The notes under the pieces: model-generated
Told to the model about the DNA's origin: nothing
The model's database searches: none
What the model saw: the letters and a program-made list of their open reading frames with translations, nothing else
In this document: positions 16,057 through 16,303 of the stretch, piece by piece
Layout of the letters: every line of letters begins with the position of its first letter
Numbering within the stretch: position 1 is the first letter of the stretch
Assembly (NCBI GenBank): GCA_013166775.1
Contig: JABLTJ010000046.1
Location: 1 to 16,303 of the forward strand
Reading direction: 5' to 3'
Length of the DNA stretch: 16,303 bases
Source: Promethearchaeati archaeon
Lineage (GTDB): Archaea; Asgardarchaeota; Heimdallarchaeia; Heimdallarchaeales; Heimdallarchaeaceae
Program-made: the position numbers and the translations under genes

Positions 16057-16303
16057 TTGAAAGGAATCATTTTAGCTGGTGGAGCAGGTACTAGGCTCTA
16101 TCCAATAACAAAATCAATCTCTAAACAATTGTTACCTATTTATGATAAACCAATGGTTTACTACCCTCTTTCTGTTCTAATGCTTTCTGGGATAAGAGAG
16201 ATTCTTATCATCTCTACTCCTGAGGACCTTCCACTTTATAAAAGACTTTTTGGAACGGGAGAACAAATCGGATTGTCTTTCTCTTATGCAGTGCAAGAAC
16301 AAC
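16057..16303 (+). CDS. rfbA: Glucose-1-phosphate thymidylyltransferase, 3'-truncated by the window
   Basis: Manual translation from TTG 16057 (alternative GTG 16048): [59 protein letters not shown]..., the canonical RmlA N-terminus; absent from the ORF track because there is no stop in the window. Confidence 0.95.
   Translation, partial: MKGIILAGGAGTRLYPITKSISKQLLPIYDKPMVYYPLSVLMLSGIREILIISTPEDLPLYKRLFGTGEQIGLSFSYAVQEQ

Overview
AT-rich window, probably archaeal: TATA/BRE promoters sit about 20-35 nt upstream of start codons and GGTGA-type ribosome-binding sites occur. An Asgard-like host is only an inference. Most of the window is an apparent glycan-sulfation locus. It encodes a membrane-anchored extracellular aryl-sulfate sulfotransferase (ASST), CysQ, a fused ATP sulfurylase-APS kinase (PAPS synthase), two TauE/SafE transporters, a UDP-HexNAc-type nucleotide-sugar dehydrogenase, two PAPS-dependent sulfotransferases of different families, a Wzx-type flippase and the start of rfbA/rmlA. 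No APS/PAPS reductase or sulfite reductase lies in the window, which points to sulfation rather than cysteine synthesis. A ~1.9 kb islet of small ORFs (Zn-ribbon protein, RHH and AbrB regulators, two unknowns) with palindromic operator-like sites separates sat-cysC from the first tauE. The window opens inside an N6-adenine-type DNA methyltransferase gene. No rRNA, tRNA, CRISPR, integrase or transposase was recognised.
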